Part shown: one piece after another, positions 1 to 13,462 of the stretch | Layout: every line of letters starts with the position of its first letter | Position numbering within the stretch: the first letter of the stretch is position 1 | Assembly (NCBI RefSeq): GCF_044704955.1 | Contig: NC_091999.1 | Location: 46,438,001-46,502,000 of the forward strand | Reading direction: 5' to 3' | DNA: 64,000 bases | From: Pristiophorus japonicus | Lineage: Eukaryota | The notes under the pieces: generated by a model | Database searches by the model: none | What the model was told of the DNA's origin: nothing | Seen by the model: the letters and a program-made list of their open reading frames with translations, nothing else | Position numbers and translations under genes: made by a program

Positions 1-484
1 GCCATGAACACTTCATGGGAACCGGTGAGGCGGTTATGTAAATAAACACAGAAATAGAAGTTCTCGATTAGAGTATTGAGTGACAGAAACAAGTTAAATG
101 TTTCCCCACCAACACAGAATAGAAATAAGCAGAGAAAGAAATGCAAATTTCCCAACGGATTCCAGTAGCAATTGTTTTGCGGGACATTTTTCTAAACAAA
201 AGAGAATAAAGTAAAGATGATACCCAGGGACAGAATGGGGAAAGATTCTATTCACCGTATATAGTAACATCACAAATTGTCAGTGGCGATTTCCTGTACC
301 CTCTCCCTCTCCTATTTCCAATTTGTGTATTGTCTCTCAAGAATGGATAATTAGCCATCTCCCACAACTAGATATTAAAACCTAACAAATGTTTTTCTTG
401 AACCCTAATGATACGCCTCGAACCAACTTCATTGGAATGCGCAGAGGGAGCTTTAATCCAAGATATGACCTGTGAATTAAACGA

Positions 485-830
485 TCTGGGAGCGTTTGAT
501 TGGACAGTGTAGGGAGAGCTTTACTCTGTATTTAAACTGTGCTCTACAGTGTCCCTGGGAGTGTTTGATAGGACACTGTAGAGCTCGTTTTACTCTGGAT
601 CTGACACATGCTGCACCTGTCCTGGGAGTGTTTGATGGGACAGAGTCGAGGGAGCTTTGCACTGTATCTAACCCGTACTGTACCTACCTTGGAAGTGTTT
701 GATGGGACAGTGTATAGAGTCCATTTTGCTGTATCTAACCCGTACTGTACCTGTCCTGGGAATGTTTAATTAGAAAATGTAGAGGTCGGTTTACTCTGTA
801 TCTGACACATGTTGTACCTGACCTGTGATT
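485..830 (+). repeat. 67-bp satellite (CTGGGAGTGTTTGATGGGACAGTGTAGAGGGAGCTTTACTCTGTATCTAACCCGTGCTGTACCTGCC)
   Basis: Period 67 (CCTGGG at 554 and 621); also 10335-10620, 26690-26830, 38240-38740. Confidence 0.9.
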
Positions 831-1139
831 TACAGTGTTTAGTGCATTAATAACGGTGACAGGGTCTAATTTAACATAAACGGAGGCATTGTCTAGTTTA
901 GTAAAGTGAAATGATGGGGCTAGAGTAATGTAAACACCGTCCTTGTCTAGTTTAATATAAACAGAGACAGGGACTTGTGTAATAGGAACAAAGGCACATA
1001 CTATTCCAGTATTATATGAGCCAGGGCGTAGTACAATATTAATAATTCTAGTACTGTAATAACTGAGGCAGGACTTAGTGCAGTAATTACTCATACAGGG
1101 ACATTGTTTTATTCGTTCCTGTCATGCGGGTGTGAGAGT

Positions 1140-2240
1140 CATTCGGCCCATACAGACCATGCCGCTCTCAGCAAGAGTATTTCAGCTAGTCCACTCCCCC
1201 GCCCTTTTCCGTAGCCCTGTGATTGTTCTTCCTTCAGGAACTTATCCAATTCCGTGCCATGATTGAATCTGTCTCCACCACTCTTTCAGGCAGTGCATTC
1301 CAGATCCTAATTTTTCCTCGTGTCGATTTAGGTTGTTCTGCCAATTGCGCTAAATCTGTATCCTCTGTTCTCAACCCTTCCGCCAATGGGAACTGTTTTT
1401 CTCCAGCTACTCTGTCTCGACCCCTTATGAATCTGAATACCTCTATCAAGTCTCATCTCAACCTTCTCTGCTCTAAGGAGAACATCCCCAGCTACTCCAG
1501 TCTATCCACATAACTGAAGTACCTTATCCCTGGAACCACAGGGAAATCTTTTCTGCACCCTCTCGAAGGCGTTTACATCCTTCCTAAAGTAAGGTGCCCA
1601 GAATTGGACACAGTAATAGCTTGTGGCCGAAACCGTGTTTTACACAGGTTCATCATAATTCCCTTGCTTATATATTATATGCCTCTATTTATGAAGCCCA
1701 GGATCCCATATGTTTTTTAAAACACTTTATGAACCTACCCTGCCACCTTCAAAGACTTTTGCATTTCGACCCCCAGGTCCCTGCGTTCATCACAGCTTTT
1801 AGTTTTGTACCCTTTGGTTACTTTTCCTCTCCTCGTTCTTCCTTCCAAAATGTATAACTTCACACTTTTCTGCGTTTCATTTGCCAAGTGTCCGTCTATT
1901 CCACCAGCATGTCGCTGTCCTCTTGAAGTCATCACTATCCTCCTCTCCTCACTGTTCACTAAACTTCCCAGACTTGAATAGTTTAAACATTTTGAAATTG
2001 TGCCCAGTACACCCGAATCTAGATCATGAATATAAATCAAAAAAAGCAGCGTTCCGAGTACCAACCGCTGCGAAACACCACTGTATACCTCCCTCCAGTC
2101 CTAAATAAAACACAGCTCTCTGATTCCTGTCACTCAGCCAATTTCATATCCATGATGCCACTGTCCCTTATATTCTATGGGCTTTAACTTTGCTGGAAAT
2201 GATATTATCAAAGCACTTTATCAAATGCCTTTTGGAAGTC
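1140..2240 (-). mobile_element. Old CR1 fragments
   Basis: Degenerate ORF2 3' half (LFLIYIHDLD, RDLGV, WNALP); homologous to 11945-12820 and 27590-28690. Confidence 0.8.
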
Positions 2241-3639
2241 CATCATAAACTGAAACTGGGTCTACTGCAGCAAAAACCGCGATGGGGTCTGGTGTAATGA
2301 GAGAGACAGTAAGTCAGATATTTACAGATTTATTAACCTCATGCCAGATACAGGTGCAGTTTCATGTTTACCATCACTTGAGGTGTATATCAGCGGATTC
2401 TGTGTGATGGTGAGATGATCACTGGACAATAAAGCGCAGGGACTGGTGACTGGTTGCGCATTATTCTCGGAGTGATTTAATCCACTTTCCCACTGAACAC
2501 TGCGGACAGACATGGTCACCTTGGTAATGGAATTGTCAGTGTGACATCACTTTCTAAAGAAGAGCACGCAAGACAATGTGTTATCAATAAATGTTAAAGG
2601 TATTAAACGATCTGCAATTAGCTGTTGAATAAAATAAAATGCTGAAAAATAATGTTTGGAGCTAATAATTTATCTTTGTGGAATGCACTTGCACACCTTA
2701 TGNNNNNNNNNNNNNNNNNNNNNNNNNNNNNNNNNNNNNNNNNNNNNNNNNNNNNNNNNNNNNNNNNNNNNNNNNNNNNNNNNNNNNNNNNNNNNNNNNN
2801 NNNNNNNNNNNNNNNNNNNNNNNNNNNNNNNNNNNNNNNNNNNNNNNNNNNNNNNNNNNNNNNNNNNNNNNNNNNNNNNNNNNNNNNNNNNNNNNNNNNN
2901 NNNNNNNNNNNNNNNNNNNNNNNNNNNNNNNNNNNNNNNNNNNNNNNNNNNNNNNGTGCTCTTTTCAGTTGTTCGGCTTAAGCAGATGCGTTATTAGTCC
3001 GGTGGATGTTTGGACCATGCGGCCGTCCATCCGGCCGTGCTGTGAGGTCACGGTTCCAGGCTCTGTCTGACACAATCAGTGGGACACGTGAAAATACTGC
3101 GAGAAAAACAATCGTTTACATTAAAGAACCGAGAGCAATTGGCGCAGGACAACACCAGTGTGAGTTAGTAACCTTTAACACACAGTGCCACTAAGTAGTG
3201 TAAAGTGCAGTGAATTGCTCACCTTCAGTCCTGTCCCTCAATCCCAGTCCATCTCTGGGAGATTGTTACAAGATTAACCTCATCCCCTCAGCACAAATAT
3301 TACCGACACAATACCAGATCAATTAGACTTTGCACACAACTCTTGTTACCTATTATTGAAACTAAACTTATGTTCTAACCAAAAAAGTATTAAATCCTCC
3401 TAACCACACATATAAATATCTTTATTTATATCAATATCTATCCAGCGTCTATATATCTTCTGTCAATCTAACAGACGCATGGTCAAGTGCAGAAATAACG
3501 GTGACAGGGTCTATAGTACAATAACTAGAGACATATTCCTTGGAGTGGGAGTTTATCCCAAAACTGTCTTAGACGGGGCGAAGTGAGACACACTGTGCCT
3601 CGGCTGACACAAACAGACATTGTAACATTAGAAGACCGT

Positions 3640-5020
3640 AAGGATATAAGAAATAGAAGCATGAGTAGGCCATACGGCCCCTCGAGCCTGCTGCGTCATT
3701 CAATATGATCATGGATGATCCGATCATGGAGTCAGATCCACTTCCTTGTGCGCGCGCCGTAACCCATTAATCCCTTATCGCATAAGAAACTGTCTATCTC
3801 TGTCTTAAATGTATTCGATTTTCCGGCATCCACAGCTCCCTGAGGCAGTGAATTCCACAGATTTACAACCCTCTGAGAAAAGAAGTTCCTCCTCATCTCA
3901 ATGTTAAATGGGCGGCTCTTATATTAAGATTATGCCCCTAGTTCTAGTCTACCCTATCAGTGGAAACATCGTCTATGTATCCACCTTTACGATAAGATCA
4001 CCACTCATTCTTCTGAATTCCAATGAGTAGATGCCCAAACTCCTCAACCCTTCCTCGTAAGTCAAGGCACTCATCTCCGCAATCAACCTAGTGAACATTC
4101 CCTGTACTGCCTACAAAGCAAGTATAATATTTCGTAAATGTGGAAAACAAAGCAGTACGCAGTTTTCCAGCTGTGACCTCACCAATACTCTGTATAACTG
4201 TAGCAAGATCAACCTGCTTTTATACTCCATCCCCTTTGCAATAAATGCCAAAATTCCATTGGCCTTCATGATCACTTCCTTTACCTGCACAAATACCCCC
4301 AGGTCCCGCTGTACTGCAGCACTTTGCAATTATTCTGCCAAAGTGCATGATCTGACACTTTCTTACATTATATTCCAGCTGTCAATTTTTTTCCCACACA
4401 CATGGCCTGTCTGTCCTTTAGCAGATTATGTGTGTCCTCCTTACACGTTGCTTTTCGTCTCATCTTTGTATCGTCAACAACCTTCTCTGTGTTATACTCG
4501 GTCCCTTCATTCAAGTCGTTAGTATCGATTGTAAATAGCTGGGGCCCCAGCACTTATCCCTGTGACACGCCACCATTTACTGATTGCCAAACCGAGAATG
4601 AACAATTTAGCCCGACTCTCTGTTTTCTGTTAATTAGACAATCCTCTATCAATGCTAATATATTACCTCCAACCCCTTGAAGGTTTATCTTGTGATATAA
4701 CCTTTTATGTGGCACCATGTCAAATGCCTTCTGGAAGTCCAAGTACACCACATCAACTGGTTCCCCTTTCTTCACCCTGTTCGTTACACTCAAAGATTTC
4801 CAGCAAATTTGGGAAACATGACTTCCTCTCCATAAATCTATGCTGACGCTGCCTGACCGAATTATGCTTTTCTTCATATCCTGCTATAGCTTCTTAATAA
4901 TGAACTCCAACAATTTCCCAAACACAGATTTTCGGCTATCTGATCTATGATTTCCTGCTTTCTGGCTGCCTCCTTTTTTAAATAGAGGTCTTACATTTGC
5001 AGTTTTCCAATCTGCTGGGT
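3640..5020 (-). mobile_element. CR1 fragment
   Basis: YLDFQKAFDMVPHKRL, QRDLGVFV, 3' UTR. Confidence 0.88.
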
Positions 5021-5204
5021 CTTCTTGTGAAGTGCAATGATACATGACCTCGTCCATCATAAAGGGAGACCGGGTCTAGAGTAATATAAACAGAGGCAGG
5101 GCCTGGTGTAATATACACAGAGACAGGGTGTGGTGTATTATAAACAGAGACAAGGTCTAGTGTAATAGAAATAGCTACAGTGCCTAGTGCAATATAAATA
5201 TAAA

Positions 5205-7800
5205 AACATAAGTACATAAGAAATAGGAGCAGGAGTAGGCCAACTGGCCGCTCGAACCTGCTCCGTCATATAGGAATGTCATGGCTGATCTGATCATGGA
5301 CTCAGCCTCACTTCCCTGCCCGCTGGCCACAATTCTTTATTCCCTTATCGCTCAAATATCTGTCTGTCTCCGCCTTAAATATATTGCATGTCTAGCCTCC
5401 ACAGCTCTCTGGGGCATAGAGTTCCATAGATATACAAACCTCGCAGAGAAGAGATTCCTCCTCATTTCAGTTTTAAATGTGCTGCCCCTTATTCTGAGAC
5501 TATGTCCCCTAGTTTCTTTCTCCCCTTGGAGTGGAAATATCCTCTCTGCATTCACCTTGTTGAGCTCTCTCGTTATCCTATGTTTCAGTAAAATCACCTC
5601 ATTGTTCTGAACTCCAATCTGTATAGTCCCAACCTACTCAACCTATCTTCATAAGTCAACGACCTCATCTCCGGACTCATCCTAGTAAACCTTCTCTGGA
5701 CAACCTTCAATGTAAGTATATCCTTCCTTAAATACGGAGACCAAAACCTTACGCAGTACTGTACTACAATATCCTGTACAGTTCTGCCCACTCACTTAGC
5801 CTGTCTATATCCCTTTGCAGATTTTTTGTGTCCTCCGCACAATTTGCTTTCTCACCCATCTTTATATCATCAGCAAACTTGGCTACATTACACTCAGTGC
5901 CTTCATCCAAAGTCATGACTATAAATTATAAATAGTTGAGGATCAAGCACCGATCCCTGCGGCACCCCACTAGTCACTGTTTGCCAATCGGGAAATGACC
6001 CAAATATCCAGACTCGCCGATCTGCTAGTTAGCCAATACGCTACCCATGCTAATATATTAACCCCAATCCCGTGAACTTTTATCTTGTGCAGTAACCTTT
6101 TATATCGAATGCATTCTGGAAATCCAAATACACCACATCCACTGGTCCCCCACTATCCACCCTGCTCGTTACATCTTCAAAGAACTCCATCAAATTTGTC
6201 AAACATGATTTCCCTTTCATTAAACCATGCTGACTCTGCTTGATTGAATGATGCTTTTCCAAATGTCCCGCTACCTGAATGGAATCCAGCTTTTTTACAA
6301 TGGCTGACGTTCGGCTCATTGATCTATAGTTTCTTGCTTTTTGTCTGCCTTCTTTTTTAAATAGGGGCGTTATATTTGCAGTTTTCCAATCTGCTGGGTC
6401 CGCCCCAGAATCCAGGGAATTTTGGTAGATTACAGCCAACGCATCCACTATCTCTGCAGCCACTTCTTTTAGGACCCTAGGATGTAAGCCGTCAGGTCCA
6501 GGGGACTTGTCCGTCTTGATTACCATTATTTTACCGAGTACTACTTCATTAGTGATCGTGATTGTAATAAGTTCCTCCCTCCCTATAGCCCCTTGATGTT
6601 CCACTATTGGAATTTTTTTAATGTATTCTACCGTGAAGACAAATACAAAATATTTATTCAACGATTTTTCCATTTCCTTGGTCTCCATTATTAATTGCCC
6701 AATCTCATCCTCTAGGTGACCAATATTTACTTTAGCCAAACCTTTCCTTTTTATGCACCTGTAGAAACTCTTACTATCTGTTTTTTATATTTCGTGCTTG
6801 TTTACTTTCATAATCTATCTTCCCTCTCTTTATCATTTATTGTTTCTTTGCTAGCTTTTAAAAGTTTCCCAATCCTCTGACCTCCCACTCGTCTTGGCCA
6901 CAATGTATGCATTTGTTTGCAATTTGATACATTCCCTTATTTCCTTAGTTAGCCCCGGATGGTTATCCCTTCTCATGCAGTGTTGCCTTCTCATTGGGAT
7001 ATATTTTTGTTTCGAGTTATGAAATATCTCCATAAATGTCGGCCACTGCTCATCAGCTGTCCCATCCTTTTATCTAATTTCCCAGTCCACTTTAGCCAAC
7101 TCTGCCCTCATAGTATCCTTCATTTAAACTTAGGATACTGGATTGTGAACCAACTCTATCCCACCACCTCCCCCACCGCCAACTGAATTTGAAATTCAAC
7201 TATGTTATGGTCATTCATAGATTGGTACGGCACACAGGGTGGCCATTCAGCCCATAGAGTCTGTGCCGGCTCTTTCGAAGAGCAAGCCCATTAATGTCAA
7301 TCCCCCGCTCCTTCCCTATATCCCTGCATTTTTGCTCCTTCAAATACTTGCACAATTTCCTTTTTGAAGGCTACTATTGAATCTGTATCTACCACCCTAT
7401 TATGCAGTACACTCTAAATTCTAACCAGTGGTTGCATAGAAATTTTATCTACATATCGCTTCTTGTTCTTTTGTCAATCACCACCCATCTGAAACAGTTT
7501 CTGTTTATTTACTCTGTCAAATGATTGATATTTTCAAAAACGTCCATCAAATCTTCTCTTCGACTTCTCTCCTCTGAAGAGGAGAATCCCATCTTCTCCT
7601 GTCTCTCCACATTAACTGAAGTCCCTCATCCCTGGTACCATTCTATTAGACATGCCCTCAACCTTGCCTCCTCCAAGGAGAGCAAACCCATCTTCTCCAG
7701 TCTCCGCTTTAACTGAAGTCCCTCATGCAGGTACCAATGTACTGAATCTCCCCTCACCATTCTCTGCTGTATGGAGAACAGCCCCAGCTTCTCCAAGTCT
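5205..7800 (-). mobile_element. CR1 fragments (RT domain plus older 3' pieces)
   Basis: KSPGPDGLHPRVLKE...YLDFQNAFD in ORF 6080-6739. Confidence 0.88.
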
Positions 7801-8239
7801 GTCCATGTAGCAAGAGCTTGTGAGCTACCATACCGTACACACAATGGCAACAAGCTCCAGGCGGGCACTGGCCCATCCTCAACAGCCAGAATGGGGAGGG
7901 AAAACGAGAAGTTGAAAGTTGACGATGACTTAAAACAATTTTTAAAGAAGTTACCCTTCTTTTTTTTAATCATGAAAAGGAAAAATACCCCGACTGTACC
8001 AACTAGAATTTCTACCCAGTGCCAGTTCCCCAGCCAACTCCCTCTCTGGAAAGGTCACCATTTTATTTATCATCAGTATTATTTTAGGCAGGGGGGTTAA
8101 ATATATACATTTGCTGTCGCTCACTCTCTTATTTGTTAATATATATAAAAGCCCGGTGAAGGAATTGTGTGCAGAATATTCCAGCTGAGGAATCCTCATC
8201 GATGGAAGCAGAAACACTGCAAAGGGAAAATACGAATCG

Positions 8240-8500
8240 GCTGAGCTGAGGGAGGGATGGAGGTAGGGAGGAGTGGAGCAAGGAAGGGGTGCTGTGATGG
8301 AGGGGTGGAGGGATGGTCGGAGGGTGGGAGGGATGGTTGCGGGAAGGGAGAGATTGATGGAGGGAGGTATGGAGGTATGGAGGGCTGGAAATGGAAGGAG
8401 GGTGGCAGAGGATGGTGGGAGGGAGTGATGGAGGGTTGATGGTGGGAGGGAAGGAGAGACGTGTGGTCGGAGGGAAGGATAGTTGGAGGGAGTAATGGAG
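8240..8500 (+). repeat. Purine-rich GGAG/GGAT low-complexity tract (second copy 24675-25000)
   Basis: G-rich runs. Confidence 0.8.
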
Positions 8501-8877
8501 TATCTCCCATTTTACAAGATCAAAACTCTTCATCTTCTTGAGCACCTCTAATAAGTGCCCCATAACCTGCTCGGCTCGAAGGAGAAAAATCCCAGGTTCC
8601 AGCTGCTCTTATGGTGCAGCTCACACAGTGTAAAACTCAAGTTCCGTGAGTCCTTCTGCCTCGGGCACTTCCAGACGTTCCTTGTGGAATCGCTTTTATC
8701 TAGACCCAGTGGAAACCCTAGTGTGTGAATGACATCCCGGACAAGATAAGAGAACTCGCCCGTGATAATAAACGGATCGGAGTAAGGCTGGGTTCAGGCC
8801 CTGAACTTCAGGCCCTGAACTTCAGGCAGGATGAACTGAATGGCAACATTTTAAAATAAAGCTGTGATATGTTCAAG

Positions 8878-9320
8878 CCTCGGCTCAGTGGGATCACTCT
8901 CGCCTCTGACTTAGAAGGTCGCAGATATTAACCCCACTCCAGAGACCTGAGCCCATAATCGATGCCGACATGCACGGTGCCAGTGCTGAGGGAGTGCTGC
9001 ACGATCAGAACTGCCGTCTTTCGGGGAAAACATTAAACTGAGACCACATCTTCCCACTCAGGTGGATTTAAAGGATTCGTTGCACTATCTTAAACAGCTG
9101 AGGAGTTCTCCAGGGTTTCCACGGAAAACATTTGTCCCTCAAACAACATCTGAAATACAGATTATCTGGTCATTATTTCATTGCTGTGTATGGGATTTGC
9201 TCTGCACAAATTGGCTGCCACATTTCCTACGTTGCAACACTTCCAAAGTAATTCATTGCCTGTAAAGCATTTGGGACATCATGAGGTCATGAAGGGCGCT
9301 ATATAAATGCTAGTTGTTTC
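8878..9320 (+). mobile_element. tRNA-derived Deu-domain SINE (SacSINE1/AmnSINE-like)
   Basis: GGCTCAGTGG head, GGGAGTGCTGCAC...GCCGTCTTTCGG core, GGCGCTATATAAATGC tail. Confidence 0.75.
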
Positions 9321-9609
9321 TAAATGTCAACATTTTAAAATACACGTTGCGATTTGTGAAACGCTCAGATATTACTGATGGTCGCTGGTTCAACTTATTT
9401 AATTTCACTGGGTTAAATCTTCCACGAAGTGGAGATCCAGTGGAATACAGAACTTTCACAGCTGAATTATTTTTTTATACTTATTCCCTTTGATATAAAT
9501 CACATCTGTTCTAATTAAACAAAACTGAAGCCAACGTCACTGTTCGACATATTGCTACTTCTGTGTACCCACTGTCAATATTCTTAAAATAAGCTCTTGC
9601 TGTGAGTTT

Positions 9610-9996
9610 AGAATAGAAACGTTTAAGATTCTGACGGGTTTAGACAGGTTAGATGCAGGAAGAATGTTCCCAATGTTGGGGAAGTCCAGAACCAGGGGTC
9701 ACAGTCTGAGGATAATGGGTAAGCCATTTAGGACCGAGATGAGGAGAAACTTATTCACCCAGAGAGTGGTAAACCTGTGGAATTCTCTACCACAGAAAGT
9801 AGTTGAGGCCAATTCACTAAATATATTCAAAAGGAAGTTAGATGAAGTCCTTACTACTCGGGGGATCAAGGGTTATGGCGAGAAAGCAGGAAGGGGATAC
9901 TGAAGTTTCATGTTCAGCCATGAACTCATTGAATGGCGGTGCAGGCTAGAAGGGCTAAATGGCCTGCCCCTGCACCTATTTTCTATGTTTCTATGT
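9610..9996 (+). mobile_element. Young 5'-truncated CR1 3' end
   Basis: RMFPMLGKSRTRGHSLRI..., tail (TTTCTATG)n; absent from the homologous sites near 26170 and 37710. Confidence 0.9.
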
Positions 9997-10899
9997 AAGT
10001 GACTCTGTTGGCATGATTTTGCTGCCATGAACACTTCATAGGAACCATTGAGACCTTTTTTAAATAATCACAGAAATAGATGTCCCAGATTAGAGTATTG
10101 AGCGTCAGAGACACAATAAATGTTTCCCCACCAACACAGCATAGAAATAAAGATAGACAGAAATGCAAATCTCTCAACAGACTCCAGCAACAATTGTTTT
10201 TTGGTACATTTCACTAAATTTTATTAGAATAAAGGAAATATGATACCCACGGACAGAATGAGGAAATACTACTTCTTGTCAGCATGTACAGCAATATCAC
10301 TAATGTGATAGTGGAGGTTTATGCTTAAAGTTGTACCTGCCCTGGGAGTGTATGATGGGACATTGTAGAGGGAGTTTTACTCTGTATCTGACATATGATG
10401 TACCTGCCCTGGGAGTGTTTGATGGGGCAGTGTAGAGGGAGCTTTTTTCTGTGTCTAACTCGTACTCTACCTGCCCTGGGAGTATGTGATGTCGTAGTAT
10501 AGAGGGCACTTTACTCTGTACCTGACACATGCTGTACCTGGCCTGGGAATGTATGATAGTGCGGTGTAGAGGGCGTTTTACTCTGTAGCTAACACATGCT
10601 GAACCTGGCCTGGAAGTTGCAGAGTTTAGTGCAGTAATAACTGAGACAGGGTCCAGAGGAATATAAACAGAGACATGTTCTAGTTTAGTAATGTAAAAGG
10701 TTGGGGCTAGTGAAATATAATCTATGTCCTGGTCTAGTTTAATATAAACAGAGACAGGGTCTTGTGCAATAGGAACAAAGGCATGACATATTCCAGTAAT
10801 ATCTGATACCGGGCCTAGTACAATATTAATAGTTCTAGTGCAGTAATAACTGAGATAGGGCCCCGTGCGGTAATTACTGATGCAGGGACATTTCTTTAT

Positions 10900-11320
10900 T
10901 GTCTCCTGGCATATGGGTATGGGTGTCGCTGGCAAGGCAAACATTGATGGTCTAGCCCTAATTGGCCTTGAAAAACAGGTGGCGAGCTGCCACCTTGAAC
11001 CGCTGCAGTCCATGTGGTGATGGAACCCCCAAATTGTTCGGAAGGGGTTCCACGAATTTGACCCAGCGACTATGAAGGAACGGTAATAAGTTTCCAAGTC
11101 AGGGTGATGTGTGATTTGGAGGGATACATGGAGGTGATGTTGTTCCCATGAGCACGCTGCCCTTGTCCTTCTAGGTGGAAGAGGTCGCTGGTCTGGAAAG
11201 GGCTGTTGAGGATGTCTTGGGGAGTTGCTGCAAAGCATCTTGGGGATGTTAATCACTGCAGGCATGGTGCACCGTTGGGGGAGGGAGGGAATATTTAACG
11301 CGGTGGATGGGGTAAAATAA
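10900..11320 (-). mobile_element. 3' fragment of a second LINE family (L2/CR1 group)
   Basis: KMLCSNSPR...YYRSFIVAGSNSWN; second copy at 27110-27525. Confidence 0.6.
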
Positions 11321-11349
11321 ACTTGAGAATGGTCTACTGTAGTGTAGTG

Positions 11350-12820
11350 GAGTATTTTTGTGTCCTCGTCACACATTGCTTTTTCTCCCATCTTTGCTTC
11401 ATCAGAAAACTTGGCTATGTTACTCTCGATCCCTTCTTTAAAGTCGGTAGATTGTATATAGATTGTATCCCAGCACTGATCCCTGCAGCACCCCACTATT
11501 TACTTATTGCCAACCCTAGAATGATCCATTGATCCTGACTCTCTATTTTCTGTTAGTTAGCTAATCCTCTATCCATGTTAAAATATCAGCCCTAACCCCG
11601 TGAATGTTTATCTTGTGCAGCAACCTTTTATTTGGCACCTTGTCACATGCCTTCTGGAAGCCCAAATACATCACATCCACTGGTTCCTCTGTATCCACCC
11701 TGTTTGTTACATCCTCAAAGAATTCCAGAAAATTTGTCAAACATGTCTTCCCCTTCATAAATCCATGCTGACTCTGCCTGACCGAATTTTGCTTTTCCAA
11801 ATATCCTGCCACTGCTTCTTTAATAATGGGCTCCAACATTTTCCCAAGCACAGATGTTAGACTAACTGGTTTATAGTTTCCTGCTTTTTGCCTGCAACCT
11901 TTCGTAAATAGGGGCATTAAATTTGCAGTTTTCCAATCTGTTAATCACCTTATATCTGTGTCCTTTGTTCTCGATCTTTCCACTAATCGGAACAATTTCT
12001 CTCTATCTACTCTGTCTAGACCCATTATGATTCTGAACACCTCTATGAAATCTCATCTCAACCTTTCTGCTCTAAGGAGAACAATTCCAGCTTCTCCAGA
12101 CTATCCACGTAACCGAAGTACCATATCCCTGGAACCATAATTGTAAATCTTTTCTGAATCCTCTCTCAAGCTTTACATCCTTCCTAAAGAATTGGACACA
12201 ATACTCCAGGTGAAGTTCATCATAACTTCCTTTCTTTTGTACTCTATGCGTGTATTTATGAAGCCCAGGATTATGTAAGCTTTTTTGACCATTTTCTCAA
12301 CCGGCCCTGCCACCTTCAATGATTTGTGCACATTTACCTTCAGGTCACTGTGTTCATGAAGCTCCTGTAGCATTGTACATTGAGTTTATTTTTCCTCTCC
12401 TCATTCGTCTTATAAAAATGATTCATTTCACACTTTTCTCCATTTCATTTGCCCCGAGTGCACCCCTTCCATCAGCATGTCTATGTCCTCTTGAAGTCAT
12501 CACTATCCTCCTCACTGTTCCCTCTACTTCCAGGTTTTGTATCATCTGCAAATTTCGAAATTGTACCCTGTACTCCTAAGTCTAAGTCATGAATATAAAT
12601 GAAGAAACGCAGTGTTCCTCGTACCAACCGCTGCAGAATACCACAATATACCTTACCCCAGTCCAACAAAAAATAACTGGTAACCACTACTCTGTGGTTC
12701 CTGTCACTCAGCCAATTTCATATCCATGCTGGCACTGTCCTCTTTATTCTATGTGGTTAAATTTTTATGGCAAGGTTATTATTAAGGCACTTTATCAAAC
12801 ACCTTTTAGAAGGCCACCAC
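11350..12820 (-). mobile_element. CR1 fragments
   Basis: GNYKPVSLTS...QHGFMKGK, KFADDTK. Confidence 0.85.
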
Positions 12821-12970
12821 ATCAACCTTATAAACTGAGACTGGATCTAGCGCGGTAAAAACTGCGACGGGGTCTGGTGTAATGAGAGAAATAATGCCAG
12901 ATAATTGCAGATTTATTAACCTCCTGCCAGGTACAGGTGCAGTTTCATTTTTACCATCATGGGCACTAAT

Positions 12971-13462
12971 CATAGAAACATAGAAACATAGAAAATATGT
13001 GCAGGAAAAGGCCATTCGGCCCTCCGAGCCTGCAGCACCATTCAATATAATCATGGCTGATCAAACCCCACTCCTGTCTTCTCTCCATGATCCCTTTAGC
13101 AGTAAGGGCCAAATCTAACTCCCTTTTGAATATATCCAACGAACTGGACTCAACAACTTTCTGTGGTAGAGAATTACATAGGTTCACATTTCTCTGGGTG
13201 AAGAAGTTTCTCCTCATCTCTGTTCTAAATGGCTTACCCCTTATCCTTAGATTGTGAATCCTGGTTCTGGACTTCCTCAACATCGGGAACATTCTTCCTA
13301 CATCAAACCTGTCCAATCCCGTCAGATTTCATATGCTTCTATGAGATCCCCTCTCATTCTTCTAAATTCCAGTGGATATAAGGCTAGTCAATCCAATCTT
13401 TCTTCATATGTCAGTCCTGCCATCCCGCGAATCAGTCTGGTGAACTTTGGCTGCACTCCCTC
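12971..13462 (-). mobile_element. Young 5'-truncated CR1 3' end
   Basis: (CATAGAAA)n tail, ORF2 C-terminus; absent from the homologous sites near 2375 and 28840. Confidence 0.9.

Noticed and set aside
141-148. ATGCAAAT octamer in macro-repeat units (also near 10163 and 26348)
   Set aside because: No leader or V exon follows, it is absent from the fourth copy, and recurrence is explained by duplication.
3181-3208. Perfect CACAGTG heptamer in the macro-repeat
   Set aside because: Nonamer position matches only 4/9 and the heptamer is not conserved in the other two copies.
10300-11496. 398-aa minus-strand ORF
   Set aside because: Chance read-through across CR1, second LINE, 27-bp and 67-bp repeats.
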